Of a stretch of DNA of 64,000 nt, positions 62,523 to 64,000 are shown piece by piece. Below the pieces are notes generated by a model. That model worked only from the letters and a program-made list of their open reading frames with translations, did not search any database and had not been told where the DNA came from. Positions within the stretch are counted from its first letter, which is position 1. The number at the start of each line of letters is the position of its first letter. Both the position numbers and the translations under genes were made by a program. The stretch lies in IMG/VR virus record IMGVR_UViG_3300019458_000021, positions 62,001 through 126,000 of that record; one strand, written 5' to 3'.

Positions 62523-64000
62523 ATGTTGAACGTACCAGCACCTTTCGTACCTCTTGATGTAAGTTGGAACCGTATTGCTGAAAATACGCTTCTACTTCGT
62601 GCATCAGCGGGTTACGCACATATCAAATTTGGTCCTAACTTCCCTGGTGGTAGCAGCACCCCGACAGGACTCGCGAACGACGCAACAGTATACACAGCAA
62701 CAGTTCGTATCGATGGTACAAACCGTGCAGTGTCTATCGTTGGTTCCGCAGCACAAACATTCACGACACTGATGACAGAACTCAACACAGACCTCAGCAC
62801 ATGGTCGACTGTTGTTCTCGATGGTGATACAATCAAAATCACGAGCTTGACGACAGGTGCAACAAGTGCAGTGTTTGTTTCCGACTCTGGTGCAAACTTC
62901 TTGTTTGCAAGTCTCCGAGGCACCGGTTCGCAGAAGTTTGGCGTTACCGACTACGACTCCACACGCGGCTGGTTCAATATTGCAGCTTCTACAAACCGTG
63001 TTGGTACAAGTGTTCGTGGTAACTCACAGTACCTTCGTTGGGACAAGATGCGTGACTTCACAAACATGCAGGAAGATATTTCTGACCTTATCGACGCGTT
63101 CTTGGCAGCGGCAGCAGCAAACACGAACGTTAAGTGGCAGAATGCAGCTGCAGGTATTGTGGTTCCGACAGGCCTTCCAAATGCTGATACAAGCACAGGT
63201 TTGCTCCGCACAACGATTTACCAGTTGCGCGTCAACTTGAACGGTGCAGGTAACGTAACAGTGTTCATTGACTTGAACATTCCACAAACAACCGGCGTTT
63301 CATTCAACAACCTTGTTGCCGCATTGAACACAGGTCTGAAGACAGCTGGTCTTGCAGTTGAAGCAGTATGGCGTCCTGGTTACAGCGCTACTGTTCCACC
63401 AGCAATTGTGTTCACAGCATTCCCTGTTAACACAGCATTCACAGCAACATCAACAGGTGCGGTCCTTCAAGGAACCACATCCTCGATCGTTCTAACGGAT
63501 GGTGCAACAAACGGTATCGTTGCCGCACTTGCAGCATTTGGTGGTGCAATTGACGCAGCAGCTGAAGGTTTTGGCTGGGTTGATTTCCATCGCGTAAATG
63601 CAGCAGCAGTTTTGCCAGCAACAGTTCCTGGTGTTGCAGCTGGTAGTTATGACTTTACAGTCACAACAGAAGACGGTGCCTTCGATGTAACGGTTGTACT
63701 TGCAGGCGGTGAAACAATGACAGCAATTGCTGCATTGATGCAAACTGCTCTTCAAACAGCAACAGGTGAAGCTGAACTGGTTACTGCAGTTGGTAGCAAG
63801 TTCCTGTTCGTTAACGACGATGCAGGTTTCAATTCCGGCATCTCTGTGACAATTCCAACAGCTGGTTTAAACTCAGACCTGTTCCAGGCAATTGCAACAG
63901 CGCTCGACACAACTGTTGGTAGCATCACAACCCTGCACACGTTCTCTGGTGATGGTTGGGCAACACCTGGTGTTGACGGAACAACCAACTTGGCATTCCC
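62523..64000 (+). CDS. Late structural protein, runs off the window end (>492 aa); absent from the ORF track
   Basis: Translated by hand with no stop: MLNVPAPFVPLDVSWNRIAE...GVDGTTNLAF; three copies of a domain shared with baseplate and neck proteins. Confidence 0.85.
   Translation, partial: MLNVPAPFVPLDVSWNRIAENTLLLRASAGYAHIKFGPNFPGGSSTPTGLANDATVYTATVRIDGTNRAVSIVGSAAQTFTTLMTELNTDLSTWSTVVLDGDTIKITSLTTGATSAVFVSDSGANFLFASLRGTGSQKFGVTDYDSTRGWFNIAASTNRVGTSVRGNSQYLRWDKMRDFTNMQEDISDLIDAFLAAAAANTNVKWQNAAAGIVVPTGLPNADTSTGLLRTTIYQLRVNLNGAGNVTVFIDLNIPQTTGVSFNNLVAALNTGLKTAGLAVEAVWRPGYSATVPPAIVFTAFPVNTAFTATSTGAVLQGTTSSIVLTDGATNGIVAALAAFGGAIDAAAEGFGWVDFHRVNAAAVLPATVPGVAAGSYDFTVTTEDGAFDVTVVLAGGETMTAIAALMQTALQTATGEAELVTAVGSKFLFVNDDAGFNSGISVTIPTAGLNSDLFQAIATALDTTVGSITTLHTFSGDGWATPGVDGTTNLAF

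Noticed and set aside
1-64000. Stop-codon reassignment, as in some jumbo phages
   Set aside because: Very long ORFs and full-length core genes are obtained with the standard code; the two breaks are frame changes, not in-frame stops.
1-64000. tRNA, rRNA, tmRNA or known ribozymes
   Set aside because: No cloverleaf with T-loop/D-loop consensus and no hammerhead core in the few intergenic gaps by eye; a covariance-model scan would be needed to exclude them fully.

Overview
The window is a 64-kb piece of a large, T4-related (jumbo-type) lytic myovirus genome. It uses the standard genetic code, is densely coding, and shows no tRNA, rRNA, CRISPR array or integrase. 1-12.9 kb is a replication/accessory block: PD-(D/E)XK exonuclease, aspartic protease, 2OG-Fe(II)-like protein, exported lytic transglycosylase, DsbA-like protein, family B DNA polymerase, an intact PBP7/PbpG-like D,D-endopeptidase, DUF488, probable sliding clamp and RNase H. 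An inverted tail-fibre gene sits inside this block. 12.9-39.8 kb is baseplate/tail: PAAR, a ~3,500-aa wedge protein split by a 1-nt frameshift, gp6, gp25, gp5, a hub-muramidase fusion, LysM and a tube initiator. 39.9-47 kb holds a gp55-like late sigma factor interrupted by an intein, gp47/gp46 and RuvC, followed by a ~315-bp hairpin-dense non-coding region. 47.3-64 kb holds gp51/gp26, tape measure, portal, prohead core, protease, scaffold, major capsid (its C-terminal 54 aa lie in the -1 frame), a 1,001-aa neck protein and a partial structural gene missing from the ORF track. About 20 oriented intergenic TAAATA motifs define the late regulon. Five homing-type endonucleases are present, one of them inside the intein. 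Best leads: the intein-gated late sigma factor, the phage PBP7 plus exported transglycosylase, the structured non-coding region at 46,960-47,274, and three small domains copied across many virion proteins. All calls come from motif reading only; no database searches were run.
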